Positions 1-11,345 of a DNA stretch of 64,000 nt are shown here, piece by piece. The DNA lies in contig DATCBD010000055.1 in the NCBI GenBank assembly GCA_036512155.1, forward strand, positions 14,491 through 78,490, in the 5' to 3' direction. This stretch comes from Gaiellaceae bacterium (GTDB lineage: Bacteria > Actinomycetota > Thermoleophilia > Gaiellales > Gaiellaceae). The notes under the pieces were generated by a model. The model ran no database searches, was not told the origin of the DNA, and saw only the letters and a program-made list of their open reading frames with translations. How positions within the stretch are numbered: position 1 is the stretch's first letter; every line of letters starts with the position of its first letter. A program made the translations under genes and the position numbers.

Positions 1-1181
1 TCGTCGAGGAGCACCACGAGGAGCTCTCGCGCATCGAGTCCCGCAACGCCGGCAAGCCGATCGCCGGGGCGCGCGGCGAGATCGGGATGGTCGCGCAGGT
101 CTTCCACTTCTACGCGGGCGCGGTGGACAAGCACTACGGCGAGACGATTCCCGTCGCCGGCGGCGTCGACATGACCTTCCGCGAGCCGCTCGGCGTCGTC
201 GGCCTGATCGTGCCGTGGAACTTCCCGCTCAACATCTCGTCGTGGAAGCTCGGGCCGGCTCTCGCATGTGGCAACACCGTGGTGCTCAAGCCTGCGGAGC
301 TGACGCCGCTCTCGGCGCTCCGTCTCGCCGAGCTCACGCTCGAGGCGGGCATCCCGGAGGGCGTCCTCAACGTCGTCACCGGCAAGGGCTCCGTCGTCGG
401 GCAGCGGCTGATCGAGCATCCCGACGTGGCGAAGATCGGCTTCACCGGGTCGACCGAGGTGGGGCAGCAGGTCATGCGCGGCGCGGCCGGCACGATCAAG
501 CGCGTGACGCTCGAGCTCGGCGGCAAGTCGGCGAACGTCGTCTTCGCGGACGCCGATCTCGAGAAGGCGGCCGCGTCGGCCCCCTATGCGGTGTTCGACA
601 ACGCCGGACAGGACTGCTGCGCACGATCGCGCATCCTGGTCGAGAAAACGGTCTACGACCGCTTCGCGGAGTTGCTCGTGACCGCGACGCACGGGGTGCG
701 CGTCGGCGATCCGGAGCTGGACGACACGGAGATGGGGCCGCTCATTTCCGCTGCGCATCGCGAGACCGTCGCGTCGTTCGTCGAGGGCGAGCCGCTCTTC
801 CGTGGCGACGTTCCCGGCGGCAAGGGCTACTGGTACCCCGCGACGCTCGTCGAGGCGCGGCCGGACGACCGGGTCGCGCGCGAGGAGGTCTTCGGGCCGG
901 TCGCGGCGCTCATCCCGTTCACCGACGAGGCGGAGGCAGTGCGGATCGCGAACGCCTCCGTGTACGGGCTCTCCGGCTCGATCTGGACGCGCGACGGCGC
1001 CCGTGCGCTCCGCGTCGCCCGTGCGCTCGAGACCGGTGTGCTGTCCATCAACTCGAACTCGTCCGTCCGTGTCTCCACGCCGTTCGGCGGCTTCAAGCAG
1101 AGCGGCTTCGGCCGCGAGCTCGGCATGGAGGCGATGGCCGGCTACAGCGAGGTCAAGAACGTGTTCTACTCAACGGAATGA
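1..1181 (+). CDS. NAD(P)-dependent aldehyde dehydrogenase (5' end outside window)
   Basis: The frame of ORF 87..1181 stays open back to the window edge (VEEHHEELSRIESRNAGKPI...). ALDH motifs are present: VVLKPAELTP, FTGSTEVG, ELGGKS, GQDCCA. ATGA overlap with the next gene. Confidence 0.9.
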   Translation, partial: VEEHHEELSRIESRNAGKPIAGARGEIGMVAQVFHFYAGAVDKHYGETIPVAGGVDMTFREPLGVVGLIVPWNFPLNISSWKLGPALACGNTVVLKPAELTPLSALRLAELTLEAGIPEGVLNVVTGKGSVVGQRLIEHPDVAKIGFTGSTEVGQQVMRGAAGTIKRVTLELGGKSANVVFADADLEKAAASAPYAVFDNAGQDCCARSRILVEKTVYDRFAELLVTATHGVRVGDPELDDTEMGPLISAAHRETVASFVEGEPLFRGDVPGGKGYWYPATLVEARPDDRVAREEVFGPVAALIPFTDEAEAVRIANASVYGLSGSIWTRDGARALRVARALETGVLSINSNSSVRVSTPFGGFKQSGFGRELGMEAMAGYSEVKNVFYSTE

Positions 1182-1942
1182 ACAGGCTCGACGGAAAAGT
1201 GTGCGTGATCACCGGCGCCGGCGGCGGCATGGGCGCCGACGCTGCTCACCTCTTCACGGAAGAGGGAGCGAAGGTGTGCGTCGCCGACGTGAACCTCGAG
1301 GCAGCCGAGACCGTCGCCGGCGAGGTCGGCGGGCTCGCGGTGCAGGTGAACGTCGCCGACGAAGACTCCGTGCGCGCGATGTTTGCGGCCGCAAAGGAGA
1401 AGTTCGGCGGCATCGACATCCTGTACAACAACGCGGGCATCTCGCCGGCCGACGACGACTCCATCCTCGAGACCGACCTCGAGGCGTGGGAGCGCGTGCA
1501 GGCCGTCAATACCCGCGGCGTCTACCTGTGCTGCAAGCACGGCATTCCGTACCTGCTCGAGCGCGGCGGCGGATCGGTGATCAACGTCGCATCGTTCGTG
1601 GCGCTCGTCGGCGCGGCGACGTCGCAGATCTCCTACACGGCGTCGAAGGGCGCGGTGCTGTCGATGAGCCGCGAGCTCGGCGTGCAGTTCGCGCGGCAGG
1701 GCGTGCGCGTGAACGCGTTGTGCCCGGGCCCCGTCGAGACGCCGCTCCTGCTCCGCATCTGGAGCGAGACGGCCGGCGCAGCCGAGCGCCGCCTCGTGCA
1801 CGTGCCGATGGGGCGGATGGCGAAGCCGCGCGAGATCGTCAACGCGGCGCTCTTCCTTGCGAGCGACGAGTCGTCCTACGTGAACGCGTCGACGTTCCTC
1901 GTCGACGGCGGCCTCACGGCCGCCTACGTCACTCCCGAGTAA
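1178..1942 (+). CDS. short-chain dehydrogenase/reductase (SDR)
   Basis: C-terminal part of ORF 215..1942, starting at ATG 1178. Rossmann motif TGAGGGMG, NNAG, catalytic YTASK. Confidence 0.9.
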   Translation: MNRLDGKVCVITGAGGGMGADAAHLFTEEGAKVCVADVNLEAAETVAGEVGGLAVQVNVADEDSVRAMFAAAKEKFGGIDILYNNAGISPADDDSILETDLEAWERVQAVNTRGVYLCCKHGIPYLLERGGGSVINVASFVALVGAATSQISYTASKGAVLSMSRELGVQFARQGVRVNALCPGPVETPLLLRIWSETAGAAERRLVHVPMGRMAKPREIVNAALFLASDESSYVNASTFLVDGGLTAAYVTPE

Positions 1943-1945
1943 CCA

Positions 1946-2398
1946 CTAGCTGCCGACGACCTGGACGAGCCAGCGCCGGTCGCGCTCGCGGTCCAGCTCG
2001 ATGAAGAGCACACGCTGCCACGTTCCAAGCTGGAGCTCGCCTTCGCGCACCGGCACCGATTCGCCGGCGGTGCCGAGCAGCATCGCCATGCAGTGGGAGT
2101 GGCCGTTGCCGATCTCCATGTCCTCGGGGCAGATGTTCTCGGTGCGGCGGTCCCAGTCGTCGTGCGCGTAATAGGTGTCGTTGGGCACCAGTCGCCGCAG
2201 CAGCGCGGTGAAGTCCTCGAGAAAGCCTTCCTCGAGCTCGTTCACACGGACGCAGCAGGTGGTGTGCGGGGAGTACACGCACGCGATGCCGTCGGTGATC
2301 CCGCTCTCGCGGACGGCCGTCTGCACGTCCTCGGTGATGTCGGTGACCGTCAGCCCGCCGACGGTCCGGAGCTGCTTCTCGTGCTGAAAGACCTTCAC
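1946..2398 (-). CDS. YjbQ/UPF0047 family protein (secondary thiamine-phosphate synthase fold)
   Basis: 150-aa ORF with the length and pattern typical of the YjbQ family (TTCCVRVNE, DDWDRR, GHSHCM). Confidence 0.75.
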   Translation of the reverse strand: MKVFQHEKQLRTVGGLTVTDITEDVQTAVRESGITDGIACVYSPHTTCCVRVNELEEGFLEDFTALLRRLVPNDTYYAHDDWDRRTENICPEDMEIGNGHSHCMAMLLGTAGESVPVREGELQLGTWQRVLFIELDRERDRRWLVQVVGS

Positions 2399-2471
2399 AG
2401 GCTCGTATTCTGCTGGATGGCGCGGTGCGATCGGCGGGAGAATGCGATCCTCAAGAGAATCTGCGCCCGTC

Positions 2472-3422
<951 letters not shown>

Positions 3423-3477
3423 TGGCGAGTGTAGACGCCTATTCACGACTCTCCCAAGACGCCCGCGCGAACGCAGG

Positions 3478-3520
3478 CTCATAATCCCTTGGTCCCTGGT
3501 TCGAATCCAGGCGGGCCCAT
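3478..3520. repeat. direct repeat copy 2 (orphan 3' tRNA half, attR-like)
   Basis: 43/43 identity to 2504..2546. There is no 5' acceptor or D arm upstream, so it is not a tRNA gene. Confidence 0.95.
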
Positions 3521-3927
3521 AACCGTCCGGCCGACGCCATCTGCCGGCCTGCCGCTGTCGCCGTCACGAAGTGGGTTCGCATCGCTGCCTGCACCGAGGT
3601 TGCGAAGTCGTCGACTCTCGCTTCGATGAGCGGCTCGCCGATGACGTAGCTGAGACCCACGGCATTGAACGAGACGTCCAGGCGGCCGGTCCCGGCGAGG
3701 AGTCGGTGCAGATGGTCCGCGACGTCCTGCTCGTCATGCGCGTCGACTGGGGCGACCTCTGCACGACCGCCGTCCTGGACGATCTCCGCCATGACCTGCT
3801 CGAGCCGCTCCAGACTGCGTCCCGCCAGCGCGACGTGAGCGCCTTCGGCGGCGAACGACTTCGCCACGGCTGCGCCGATCGCCCCGCCCGCGCCGTAGAC
3901 GACCGCACACTTGCCCTCGAGTAACAC
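3521..3927 (-). pseudogene. 3'-truncated SDR gene fragment
   Basis: ORF 3439..3927 starts like an SDR (GKCAVVYGAGGAIGAAVA). It lacks the catalytic YxxxK half. After about 135 aa it runs into antisense tRNA-repeat sequence (WARLDSNQGPRDYEP). Confidence 0.6.
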
Positions 3928-4038
3928 CTTGCCCCCTCGCGGAGTGGAATTGACCGAGTAAGGACGCTGACGCCCTAGCCACTACGTCTTCCGATTCGCA
4001 CGGAACTCATCGGCCAACCGCGAAACGCCGTAGCGCGC

Positions 4039-4746
4039 TTAGGACTGGTCTTGCGAGGTCCAGGTGCCGGTCGACGTGCAGGTCGCGTCGTCGCCGCTGG
4101 TGAAGGTGACGCTGATCTTCAGCGTCCCCGTTCCGGTGCCGGTGGTCGTCAGGTTCCCGGCGAAGTCGGCCGCGCCGCTCGCATTGCTGTAGGTCAGCGG
4201 GATGTGCCCGGACACGGATCCGTCCGACCCGATCGCGAACGAGCCGTTCACGGTGGTGAGCGGCCCGGCGAGCGTGTCGCCGTCGGAGCACTCCCCGTTG
4301 AAGTCGAACGCGAGGTTCGTGAAGGTGGTGCCCTGCACGTCGAAGTTGAAGGTCGTCCCGTCCGAGTACGTGCCGACGTAGTGGCCGGCTTTGGCGGGCG
4401 GAGGCGGCGGCGGGGAAGGCGCCGGCGGCTTCGGCTTGGCCTTGAAGAACGCGTGCATCACGCGGGAGCCCGCGATCTTCACGGTGCACTTGAAGTTCGT
4501 CCCGCAGGGCGCGCTCCAGTGGGAGAACTCCGACCCCGAATTGGGCGAGGCCGTCAGCGTGACCTTCTCGCCCTTGCGCGCGTGCAGCTTGCACGACGGG
4601 TGGCAGTTGATCCCGGCCGGATGAGAGGTGACGGTGCCGGCGCCGCTGATCGCGATCGTGAGCGTCGGCTTTGGCGCCGCTCCGGCCGCGGCTCCGACGA
4701 TCCCGAGCGCCGCGACAGCGATTCCTATCCGAACGAGTGTCTTCAC
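4039..4746 (-). CDS. secreted protein with an InlB B-repeat-like domain, a poly-Pro linker and an unknown C-terminal domain
   Basis: GTG 4746 is preceded by AAGGGGAGG. Signal peptide KTLVRIGIAVAALGIVGAAAGA. The pattern TLTIAISGAGTVTSHPAGINCHPSC...VTLTASPNSGSEFSHWSAPC...CTV resembles divergent InlB B-repeats. PAPSPPPPPPA linker. Confidence 0.65.
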   Translation of the reverse strand: MKTLVRIGIAVAALGIVGAAAGAAPKPTLTIAISGAGTVTSHPAGINCHPSCKLHARKGEKVTLTASPNSGSEFSHWSAPCGTNFKCTVKIAGSRVMHAFFKAKPKPPAPSPPPPPPAKAGHYVGTYSDGTTFNFDVQGTTFTNLAFDFNGECSDGDTLAGPLTTVNGSFAIGSDGSVSGHIPLTYSNASGAADFAGNLTTTGTGTGTLKISVTFTSGDDATCTSTGTWTSQDQS

Positions 4747-4939
4747 CTGCCAGCCTCCCCTTGCCAATTGACGCTACTCCGACGTCCGGAAGGCGTCAAG
4801 GCGGTGCATACTCCTTGGGCGGTGGGTCGGGTCGCGATACGGCTCAACCCCGGCTCCGCTTCGGCCGGAGGCGCTTCGCCGACGCGCGCGGAACGGGCAC
4901 GGTCATCCGCATCCTCTTTCTCCGCGTCTACGTGCACGA

Positions 4940-6142
4940 CTAGCCGCGCGGCACGCTCAGGAACGCGTTCCACGCCGGCTTGTGGACGCCCGTGACGGTT
5001 TCCAGGCCCGACTGCCAGCCGCCGATCTGGGGCTGGTCGCGGACGAGGAACCAGAGCAGCATGTCGATGCGCGGGTTCTTCCGCGCGATCGCGTAGGCCT
5101 GCTTCAGGTCGGCCGCCTGCTTCGCCCAGCTCACGCCCATGATCGTCTTGTCGGGCGGGTTCGTCTCGTAGCCGTACTCGGTGATCCACAGATGCTTCGG
5201 CCCGTACAGCCGGGTGATCTCCGCCAGGAGCTGCGAGATGTTGCCGAGCTGCGTCCGCCGCTGCGTCTTGCCGGTCGGCACGAACGTCGGCGACTCGTTC
5301 CCTGCGGCCGGGTACGGGTTGTGTGCGTACACGTCGAACTTCTTCATCCCGTACTTGTGTGCCGCGAGGAGGAACGACAGCGGATCGACCGAGGCGCGGC
5401 TCGTGGCCGGCGCGTCGTTGCCCTTCGGGTCGGTCACGCCGCACGCAACCTTCTCACCGGACTGGGTGTGGATCCCGGCGTACACGGCATTGCAGATGCG
5501 CGCGTAGTTGTACGCGCTCTCGACCATCCACTTCCCGCCGACCTTCTTGTACTGCGGCGCGAGGAAGACCGGGTTGTTCGGCTCGTTCCAGGCGGTCCAC
5601 ATCTTGATCGCGGGGAGCGGGACGGTCGGGTCCCCGAGTGAGGGATCCTGCTGTGCCGCGGGCGGAACGTACGTGCCGCTGTAGCGCAGCGCCGCAGCGC
5701 GCGCGAACGACTGCAGGTTGGCGAAGCTCGTCGGCGCGTGGTTCTTGCCGGCGCCGTGGTTCGCCCACGAAGGCGTGCCGACGATCGAGAGCAGGAGCTT
5801 GATCCCGGAGTTTGCCGCGTAGATGTCGAGCCGGTCGTAGAGCGACCAGTTGTAGGCCGGGTCGCCCGGATTGGCTCCGTTCGCCGGCTTCGTGTTCGCG
5901 ACCGCCCACTGGTTTCCGCCCCAGTACAGGTTCGCGCGCAGGACCTGCGTGTGCAGCGACTGCAGCGTCTCGAATGCCGAGGCGGGATCGCCGTACAGCG
6001 TGAACGCCTCGTCGTTGATCCCGACGAGCAAGTTGCTGGACTTCGTCGTCGCGTGCTTCTTGGTCGTCGCGGTCGCGCTCGCCGCGGCGAGCCCGGTCAC
6101 GATCAGCGCGGCCACGGCGACGCGAATAATGCGCATCCTCAC
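4940..6142 (-). CDS. secreted clan GH-A-like glycoside hydrolase
   Basis: Signal peptide. WNEPNN and ITEYGYE motifs are spaced as the acid/base and nucleophile Glu residues of (beta/alpha)8 glycosidases. Confidence 0.6.
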   Translation of the reverse strand: MRMRIIRVAVAALIVTGLAAASATATTKKHATTKSSNLLVGINDEAFTLYGDPASAFETLQSLHTQVLRANLYWGGNQWAVANTKPANGANPGDPAYNWSLYDRLDIYAANSGIKLLLSIVGTPSWANHGAGKNHAPTSFANLQSFARAAALRYSGTYVPPAAQQDPSLGDPTVPLPAIKMWTAWNEPNNPVFLAPQYKKVGGKWMVESAYNYARICNAVYAGIHTQSGEKVACGVTDPKGNDAPATSRASVDPLSFLLAAHKYGMKKFDVYAHNPYPAAGNESPTFVPTGKTQRRTQLGNISQLLAEITRLYGPKHLWITEYGYETNPPDKTIMGVSWAKQAADLKQAYAIARKNPRIDMLLWFLVRDQPQIGGWQSGLETVTGVHKPAWNAFLSVPRG

Positions 6143-6221
6143 AAGTACCCCCTTGTTGGCTTGCAGCGACCGTACCCGTCAGAAAACGTTCAGAACGTAG
6201 ATCGATGTAAATCCGTACCCT

Positions 6222-6878
6222 TTGCCCATGTTCTCGTTCATGAAGCTGGCACAGATGGTCACGCCGGAGGAGGCGCTCCCCGGCCGCAGCGACCCGATGC
6301 CCATCCCCGAGCGCCACGAGGTGCTCGGCACGCCGATCGCCCCGCCGTTCCCGGACGGCCTCGAGCAAGCGATCGTCGGAATGGGCTGCTTCTGGGGTGC
6401 CGAGCGCGTCTTCTGGCGCGCCCCGGGCGTCTACACCACCGCCGTCGGCTACGCGGGCGGATTCACGCCGAATCCGACGTACGAAGAGGTCTGTTCCGGC
6501 CGCACCGGCCACACGGAGGCGGTTCTCGTCGTCTTCGATCCGGCGCAGACGAGCTACGAGGAGATCCTCCGGCTCTTCTGGGAGAACCACGACCCGACGC
6601 AGGGGATGCGCCAGGGCAACGACGGCGGCACGCAGTACCGCTCCGCGATCTACTGGACGAACGACGCGCAGCGCGAAGCGGCTGAGGCGTCGCGCGAGAT
6701 GTTTCAGCGAGAGCTCACGCGCGCCGGCTACGGCGAGATCACGACCGAGATCGCCGAGGCGGGGCCGTTCTACTACGCCGAGTCGTACCACCAGCAATAC
6801 CTGGCGAAGAACCCGAACGGCTACTGCGGGCTGGGCGGGACCGGCGTCGCCTGCCCCGTCGGGCTGAAGACGGCTTAG
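6222..6878 (+). CDS. msrA: peptide-methionine (S)-S-oxide reductase
   Basis: Active-site motif GMGCFWG and MsrA-like sequence throughout. Confidence 0.92.
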   Translation: MPMFSFMKLAQMVTPEEALPGRSDPMPIPERHEVLGTPIAPPFPDGLEQAIVGMGCFWGAERVFWRAPGVYTTAVGYAGGFTPNPTYEEVCSGRTGHTEAVLVVFDPAQTSYEEILRLFWENHDPTQGMRQGNDGGTQYRSAIYWTNDAQREAAEASREMFQRELTRAGYGEITTEIAEAGPFYYAESYHQQYLAKNPNGYCGLGGTGVACPVGLKTA

Positions 6879-7564
6879 GCCGTTTCTCCACCGTCGATCG
6901 CGATCGCAGCGCCCGTGATGTAGCGGGCGTCGTCGCTCGCGAGGAACGCGAAGAGCGCGGCGATCTCCGAGGGCTCGGCGTGGCGCTTCAGCGGAATCCC
7001 CTCGTTCACGGCGGCGAGCATCGCGTCGGTGTACTCGGCCCGCTGCATCGGCGTCAGCACGTAGCCCGGGCACACGGCGTTCACGCGGATGTGCGGCGCG
7101 AGCTCGCGCGCCATCGTCCGCGCGAGCAGGACCACCCCCGCCTTCGAGGCGTTGTAGTCGGCGTAGTTCTCGTGTCCGGTCAAGCCGTTCGTCGATGCAG
7201 TCACGAGGATCACGCCTTCGTCCATCCGGCGTGCCGCCTGCTGCGCGCAGTGGAAGATCCCGGTCAGGTTGACGTCGAGGACGCGGCGCCAGTCCTCCTC
7301 GCGGATCTCGAGGAACGGCGCGCGGATCGAGATGCCCGCGTTCGCGACGAGCACGTCGACGCCGCCGAGCAACTCGTCCACGCGCGCGAACGCGCGCTCC
7401 ACCTGCGCGGCGTCGGCGACGTCGCAGACGATGTTCTCCTCTCCGTCGTCGACGGCCATGCTGACGACGCGCGCGCCCTCGTCGCGAAATCGGCGGCACG
7501 TCGCCTCGCCGATGCCGCTCGTGCCGCCCGTGACGACGACACGCTTGCCGCTGAGGCCGTTCAC
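6875..7564 (-). CDS. SDR family oxidoreductase
   Basis: 3' part of shadow ORF 6875..8344. GTG 7564 lies in a GTGA overlap with the upstream stop. [17 protein letters not shown]. Confidence 0.85.
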   Translation of the reverse strand: MNGLSGKRVVVTGGTSGIGEATCRRFRDEGARVVSMAVDDGEENIVCDVADAAQVERAFARVDELLGGVDVLVANAGISIRAPFLEIREEDWRRVLDVNLTGIFHCAQQAARRMDEGVILVTASTNGLTGHENYADYNASKAGVVLLARTMARELAPHIRVNAVCPGYVLTPMQRAEYTDAMLAAVNEGIPLKRHAEPSEIAALFAFLASDDARYITGAAIAIDGGETA

Positions 7565-8532
7565 TGCAGGCGCTCGGCGAGGTACCGCAGCGCGATCGGG
7601 TAGCGGTATTCGATCGCGCTGTGCGTGGCCTCGAAGAGCTCGAAGAACACGTCGGTGACGCCGATCCGCTCGAGCGCGCGGCGGAATGCCTCGGCGCCGA
7701 GGTCGAGATAGAAGTCGTCCCGCTTCCCCGCGTCGATGTAGACGGCGCGCAGCCCGCGCAGCGAGTCCGCGTGCCCGTCGACCATGCGCACCGGATCCCA
7801 CGCGAGCCAGCGTTCCCACACGTCCGGCTTCAGCTCGCCGGTCGCCGGGTCGAACGGCAGCTCCCCGGGCGAGTAGCACTCGGCCATCGCAAACGTGTTG
7901 ATGAGCGCGTGATCGGTTGCCTTCGAGAATGCGGGCCGCGAGCGGAAGTCCTGCCAGAACGCGTCGAACGAGCCGTCGTAGTGGTCGCGCAAGGCTCGCA
8001 CGGCATCGCGGAAGTCGGGCAGGTAGCAAAGCTCGAAGAGCGCGTCGCCGGCATGCGTCGCGAGACCGGCGAAGACGTCCGGGCGGAGCATCGCCGTCAC
8101 CATCGCGCCGTACCCACCGCTCGACTTGCCTGCGATCGCCCGCGCGCTCGTCGGGTAGCGCTCGTCGACGAAGCCGACGACGTCCTCGCAGAGATACGTG
8201 TGGTAGTTCCCGACGCCGGGTGAGTCGAGGAACTGCGAGCCGCCGTACGACGTCCACGCGTCGACGAACACGACGCGCGCCGGCGCGCGGAGGTCGTCGA
8301 CGAGCTCGAGCACGGTGGGCCGGAAGGCAGACCGGTTCCGCCACATGTCGACCTGGCCTGTGAAGCCCTGGATCAGATAGACGGCCGGCAGTGTCGCGCC
8401 CTCCGCCCCTGGCGGCTCGTACACCCAGAGGGGGCGCTGCGCCGGGTCGCCCAGGGGGTTACCGACGAGGGCGGCGCTGTCGAGCGCGTGCTCGTCCAGC
8501 CGCCCGGCGAGCTTCTTCGACCACGGCTCCAT
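7561..8532 (-). CDS. esterase-family alpha/beta hydrolase
   Basis: GKSSGGYGA nucleophile elbow. Overall resemblance to the putative esterase / enterochelin-esterase-like family. Confidence 0.7.
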   Translation of the reverse strand: MEPWSKKLAGRLDEHALDSAALVGNPLGDPAQRPLWVYEPPGAEGATLPAVYLIQGFTGQVDMWRNRSAFRPTVLELVDDLRAPARVVFVDAWTSYGGSQFLDSPGVGNYHTYLCEDVVGFVDERYPTSARAIAGKSSGGYGAMVTAMLRPDVFAGLATHAGDALFELCYLPDFRDAVRALRDHYDGSFDAFWQDFRSRPAFSKATDHALINTFAMAECYSPGELPFDPATGELKPDVWERWLAWDPVRMVDGHADSLRGLRAVYIDAGKRDDFYLDLGAEAFRRALERIGVTDVFFELFEATHSAIEYRYPIALRYLAERLQ

Positions 8533-8557
8533 CGCCGCCGGACCCTACACTCGGGCC

Positions 8558-8965
8558 GTGCGCCGATTCCCCCTGCTCGCCGCGCTCCTACTCGTCTTGG
8601 TCCTGGCCGCCTGCGGCGGCGGATCGAGCAAGCCGTACACCGCGGCGGGGACGAAGGCCTGCCTGACCCAGAAGGGCTTCACCGGCGTCACGACCAACGC
8701 GGACACGGTCGGATTCATCGCCGCGTTCGCGGCCAACGGAGGCATCCAGGCGAAGTCGTCGACCGGCAACGTGCTGACGATCGCCTTCACGCAAGGCCCG
8801 GGGAGCGTCGCCGGGACGGAGAAGGCATTCCGCCGGAACGCACCGGCGAACCTCCGGCCGCACATGAGCGACATCATGGAAGCGCAGGGGAGCGCGGTGC
8901 TCGTGTGGACGGTGTCGCCGACCACGCAGGAGCTCTCCGACGCCGAAGGCTGCCTCGCCTCCTAG
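8558..8965 (+). CDS. lipoprotein, unknown function
   Basis: Signal peptide with lipobox LAAC ([21 protein letters not shown]). Confidence 0.6.
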   Translation: MRRFPLLAALLLVLVLAACGGGSSKPYTAAGTKACLTQKGFTGVTTNADTVGFIAAFAANGGIQAKSSTGNVLTIAFTQGPGSVAGTEKAFRRNAPANLRPHMSDIMEAQGSAVLVWTVSPTTQELSDAEGCLAS

Positions 8966-8979
8966 CTAGACTTTTCCGC

Positions 8980-9864
8980 ATGGCCGAATACGGAACGATG
9001 CGGGTCAAGAGCGGCCTCGCCGAGATGCTCAAGGGCGGGGTGATCATGGACGTCGTCGACGCCGATCAGGCGAAGATCGCCGAGGCGTCAGGAGCGGTCG
9101 CGGTGATGGCACTCGAGCGTGTTCCCGCCGACATCCGCCGCGACGGCGGCGTCGCACGCATGTCCGACCCGGAGATGATCCGGGAGATCCAGGAGTCCGT
9201 CAGCATCCCCGTGATGGCGAAGTGCCGCATCGGCCACTTCGCCGAGGCGCAGATCCTCCAGGCCCTCGAGATCGACTACATCGACGAGTCCGAGGTGCTG
9301 ACGCCCGCCGACCTCGAGCATCACGTCGACAAGTGGCGCTTCACCGTCCCGTTCGTCTGCGGCGCGACCAATCTGGGCGAGGCGCTCCGGCGCATCTCCG
9401 AGGGCGCGGCGATGATCCGCACGAAGGGCGAGGCGGGCACCGGCGACATCGTCAACGCGGTCACGCACATGCGCTCGGTCTTCGGGCACATCCGCAAGTT
9501 GAAGACGCTCGCCGAGGAAGAGCTCTACACCGAGGCGAAGAACCTGCAGGCGCCGTACGAGCTCGTGCGCTGGGTGGCCGAGAACGGGAAGCTCCCCGTC
9601 GTGACGTTCACGGCGGGCGGCATCGCGACGCCGGCCGACGCGGCCCTGTGCATGCAACTCGGCGCCGACGGCGTGTTCGTCGGCTCGGGCATCTTCAAGT
9701 CGGGCGACCCGGAACGGAGGGCGAAGGCGATCGTCGAGGCGACGACGCACTTCCAGGACGCAGAGATCCTGGCCCGCGTCTCCGCCGGCCTGGGCGAGCC
9801 GATGGTCGGTATCTCGACGGCATCGCTCGATCCGAGCGAGCTGCTCGAGTCGCGCGGCTGGTAG
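8980..9864 (+). CDS. pdxS: pyridoxal 5'-phosphate synthase lyase subunit
   Basis: [25 protein letters not shown]... is near-canonical PdxS over its full length. ATG 8980 lies within ORF 8488..9864. Confidence 0.95.
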   Translation: MAEYGTMRVKSGLAEMLKGGVIMDVVDADQAKIAEASGAVAVMALERVPADIRRDGGVARMSDPEMIREIQESVSIPVMAKCRIGHFAEAQILQALEIDYIDESEVLTPADLEHHVDKWRFTVPFVCGATNLGEALRRISEGAAMIRTKGEAGTGDIVNAVTHMRSVFGHIRKLKTLAEEELYTEAKNLQAPYELVRWVAENGKLPVVTFTAGGIATPADAALCMQLGADGVFVGSGIFKSGDPERRAKAIVEATTHFQDAEILARVSAGLGEPMVGISTASLDPSELLESRGW

Positions 9865-9883
9865 TCCGTCCGCCGCGAGGCGG

Positions 9884-10762
9884 ATGATGCACCCGGTGCA
9901 GAAGCCCGTCTGGAAGACGTCGTCGTTCCTCGTCTACACGGGCGGCCTCACGGTGCTCGGCGCAGCCGTCGCGGCGCTCAGTTACCTGTCGGGGCACTAC
10001 GGCAAGGGCGCGCTCACCGCGTGGGCGCTGCTCGTGCTCGTTGTCCTGTACACGATCGCGAACGGGTTCAGGCATCGCGGCCGCTGGGTCGCCGCCGGCC
10101 TCTTCGCGTACGCCTCGGTGATCGCGTGGGCCGCTTTCGTCGCCATCGCCTGGAGCTGGTTCGGATGGCTGCATTCGTCGACGTCCCTCTCCGATTTCTC
10201 GCTCGGGCGGCTTTCCCTCGAGCTCCTCGTGCTCATCACGGCGATCTACGACCGTCGCCGCTTCGAGTTCCCGTTCATCACGTCGATCGTGGCCGTCGTC
10301 CAGTGGGTGTTCGTCATCGATCTCATCTCGAGCGGCGGCACGTGGACGAAGGTGGTCACGCTGTTCGTCGGGCTCGCGTACTTCGTCGCCGGAGCCGTCT
10401 CGCGGTCGCCGTCGGCGTTCTGGCTCCATCTCGTCGGCGGTGCGCTGATCGGCGGCGTCCTCCTCGACTGGTGGCACTCGAGCGATACCGACTGGGCGCT
10501 CATCGCCGCGGTATCGCTCATCTACGTCTTCATCGCGTACATGACGAAGCGCTCGAGCTGGGCCGTGTACGGGACGATCGGCTTCGTCGGCGCGACCATC
10601 CACTACCTCTTCAGCACCGGGAGCAGCACGAGCATCGGCGGCCTGGGCTTGCAGGTCTCGGTGCCGTCGATCAGCGGCTGGTCGCCGTCGGTCGCCTTCG
10701 CGTGCCTCGGCTTCTGGCTCGTCCTGCTCGGGGTCGCAGGGCGCCGGTCTCGGTCCGAGTAA
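9884..10762 (+). CDS. polytopic membrane protein, unknown function
   Basis: 292 aa with about 8 hydrophobic segments. High third-position GC. Confidence 0.6.
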   Translation: MMHPVQKPVWKTSSFLVYTGGLTVLGAAVAALSYLSGHYGKGALTAWALLVLVVLYTIANGFRHRGRWVAAGLFAYASVIAWAAFVAIAWSWFGWLHSSTSLSDFSLGRLSLELLVLITAIYDRRRFEFPFITSIVAVVQWVFVIDLISSGGTWTKVVTLFVGLAYFVAGAVSRSPSAFWLHLVGGALIGGVLLDWWHSSDTDWALIAAVSLIYVFIAYMTKRSSWAVYGTIGFVGATIHYLFSTGSSTSIGGLGLQVSVPSISGWSPSVAFACLGFWLVLLGVAGRRSRSE

Positions 10763-10781
10763 CCGAACCTACAATGGCGGG

Positions 10782-11345
10782 GTGGAAGCGCCGCTCCGGA
10801 TCGGTGTGCTCGCCGTGCAAGGGAACTTCCGAGAGCACGCGGCCGTGCTCCGGCGCCTCGGCGTGGAGCCGGTGGAGGTACGGCTCCCCGAGCAGCTGGA
10901 GGGCCTGGACGGCCTGATCCTGCCCGGCGGCGAGTCGACGGCGATCACGCGGCTCATGCGCCTGTACGGGCTCGACGAGGCGCTCCGCCGCTTCGAGGCG
11001 CCCGTCTTCGGAACTTGCGCCGGGATGATCGTCCTCGACCGGGACCATCTCGGGCTCGCAGACTTCCGCGTGCAGCGGAACGCGTTCGGCCGCCAGGTGC
11101 GCAGCTTCGAGGCCGACCTCGACGTCGGCCTGGGGGAGCCGGTGCGCGGGATCTTCATCCGTGCGCCGTGGATCGAGGACGCAGGCCCCGACGTCGAGGT
11201 GCTCGCCGAGGTGGACGGGCATCCGGTGCTCGCGCGGCAGGGGCGCGTGCTCGTCGCCGCGTTCCATCCCGAGCTCACGGACGACACGCGCATCCACGAG
11301 CTCTTCTTGAATCTCGTACGGGAGGCATCGAGTGTCCGGGCATAG
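10782..11345 (+). CDS. pdxT: pyridoxal 5'-phosphate synthase glutaminase subunit
   Basis: [13 protein letters not shown], catalytic GTCAG and HPE motifs. Confidence 0.92.
   Translation: MEAPLRIGVLAVQGNFREHAAVLRRLGVEPVEVRLPEQLEGLDGLILPGGESTAITRLMRLYGLDEALRRFEAPVFGTCAGMIVLDRDHLGLADFRVQRNAFGRQVRSFEADLDVGLGEPVRGIFIRAPWIEDAGPDVEVLAEVDGHPVLARQGRVLVAAFHPELTDDTRIHELFLNLVREASSVRA

Noticed and set aside
215-1177. The N-terminal 320 codons of ORF 215..1942, and ORF 802..2004.
   Set aside because: They are out of frame with the clear aldehyde dehydrogenase. Only the part from ATG 1178 onward has SDR motifs.
3478-3520. A possible second tRNA gene.
   Set aside because: Only the anticodon loop through the 3' acceptor strand is present. 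The upstream sequence cannot form the 5' acceptor strand or the D arm. It is an att-like repeat, not a gene.
4385-4445. GGC/GGA-rich simple-sequence run.
   Set aside because: It is the antisense of the in-frame poly-proline linker (PAPSPPPPPPA) of the secreted protein, not a non-coding microsatellite.
5454-7499. 681-aa minus-strand ORF spanning the glycosidase, msrA and SDR genes.
   Set aside because: The translation is Arg/Pro/Ala/Gly-rich and low-complexity. It overlaps three genes with clear family motifs in other frames. This is a typical high-GC shadow ORF.
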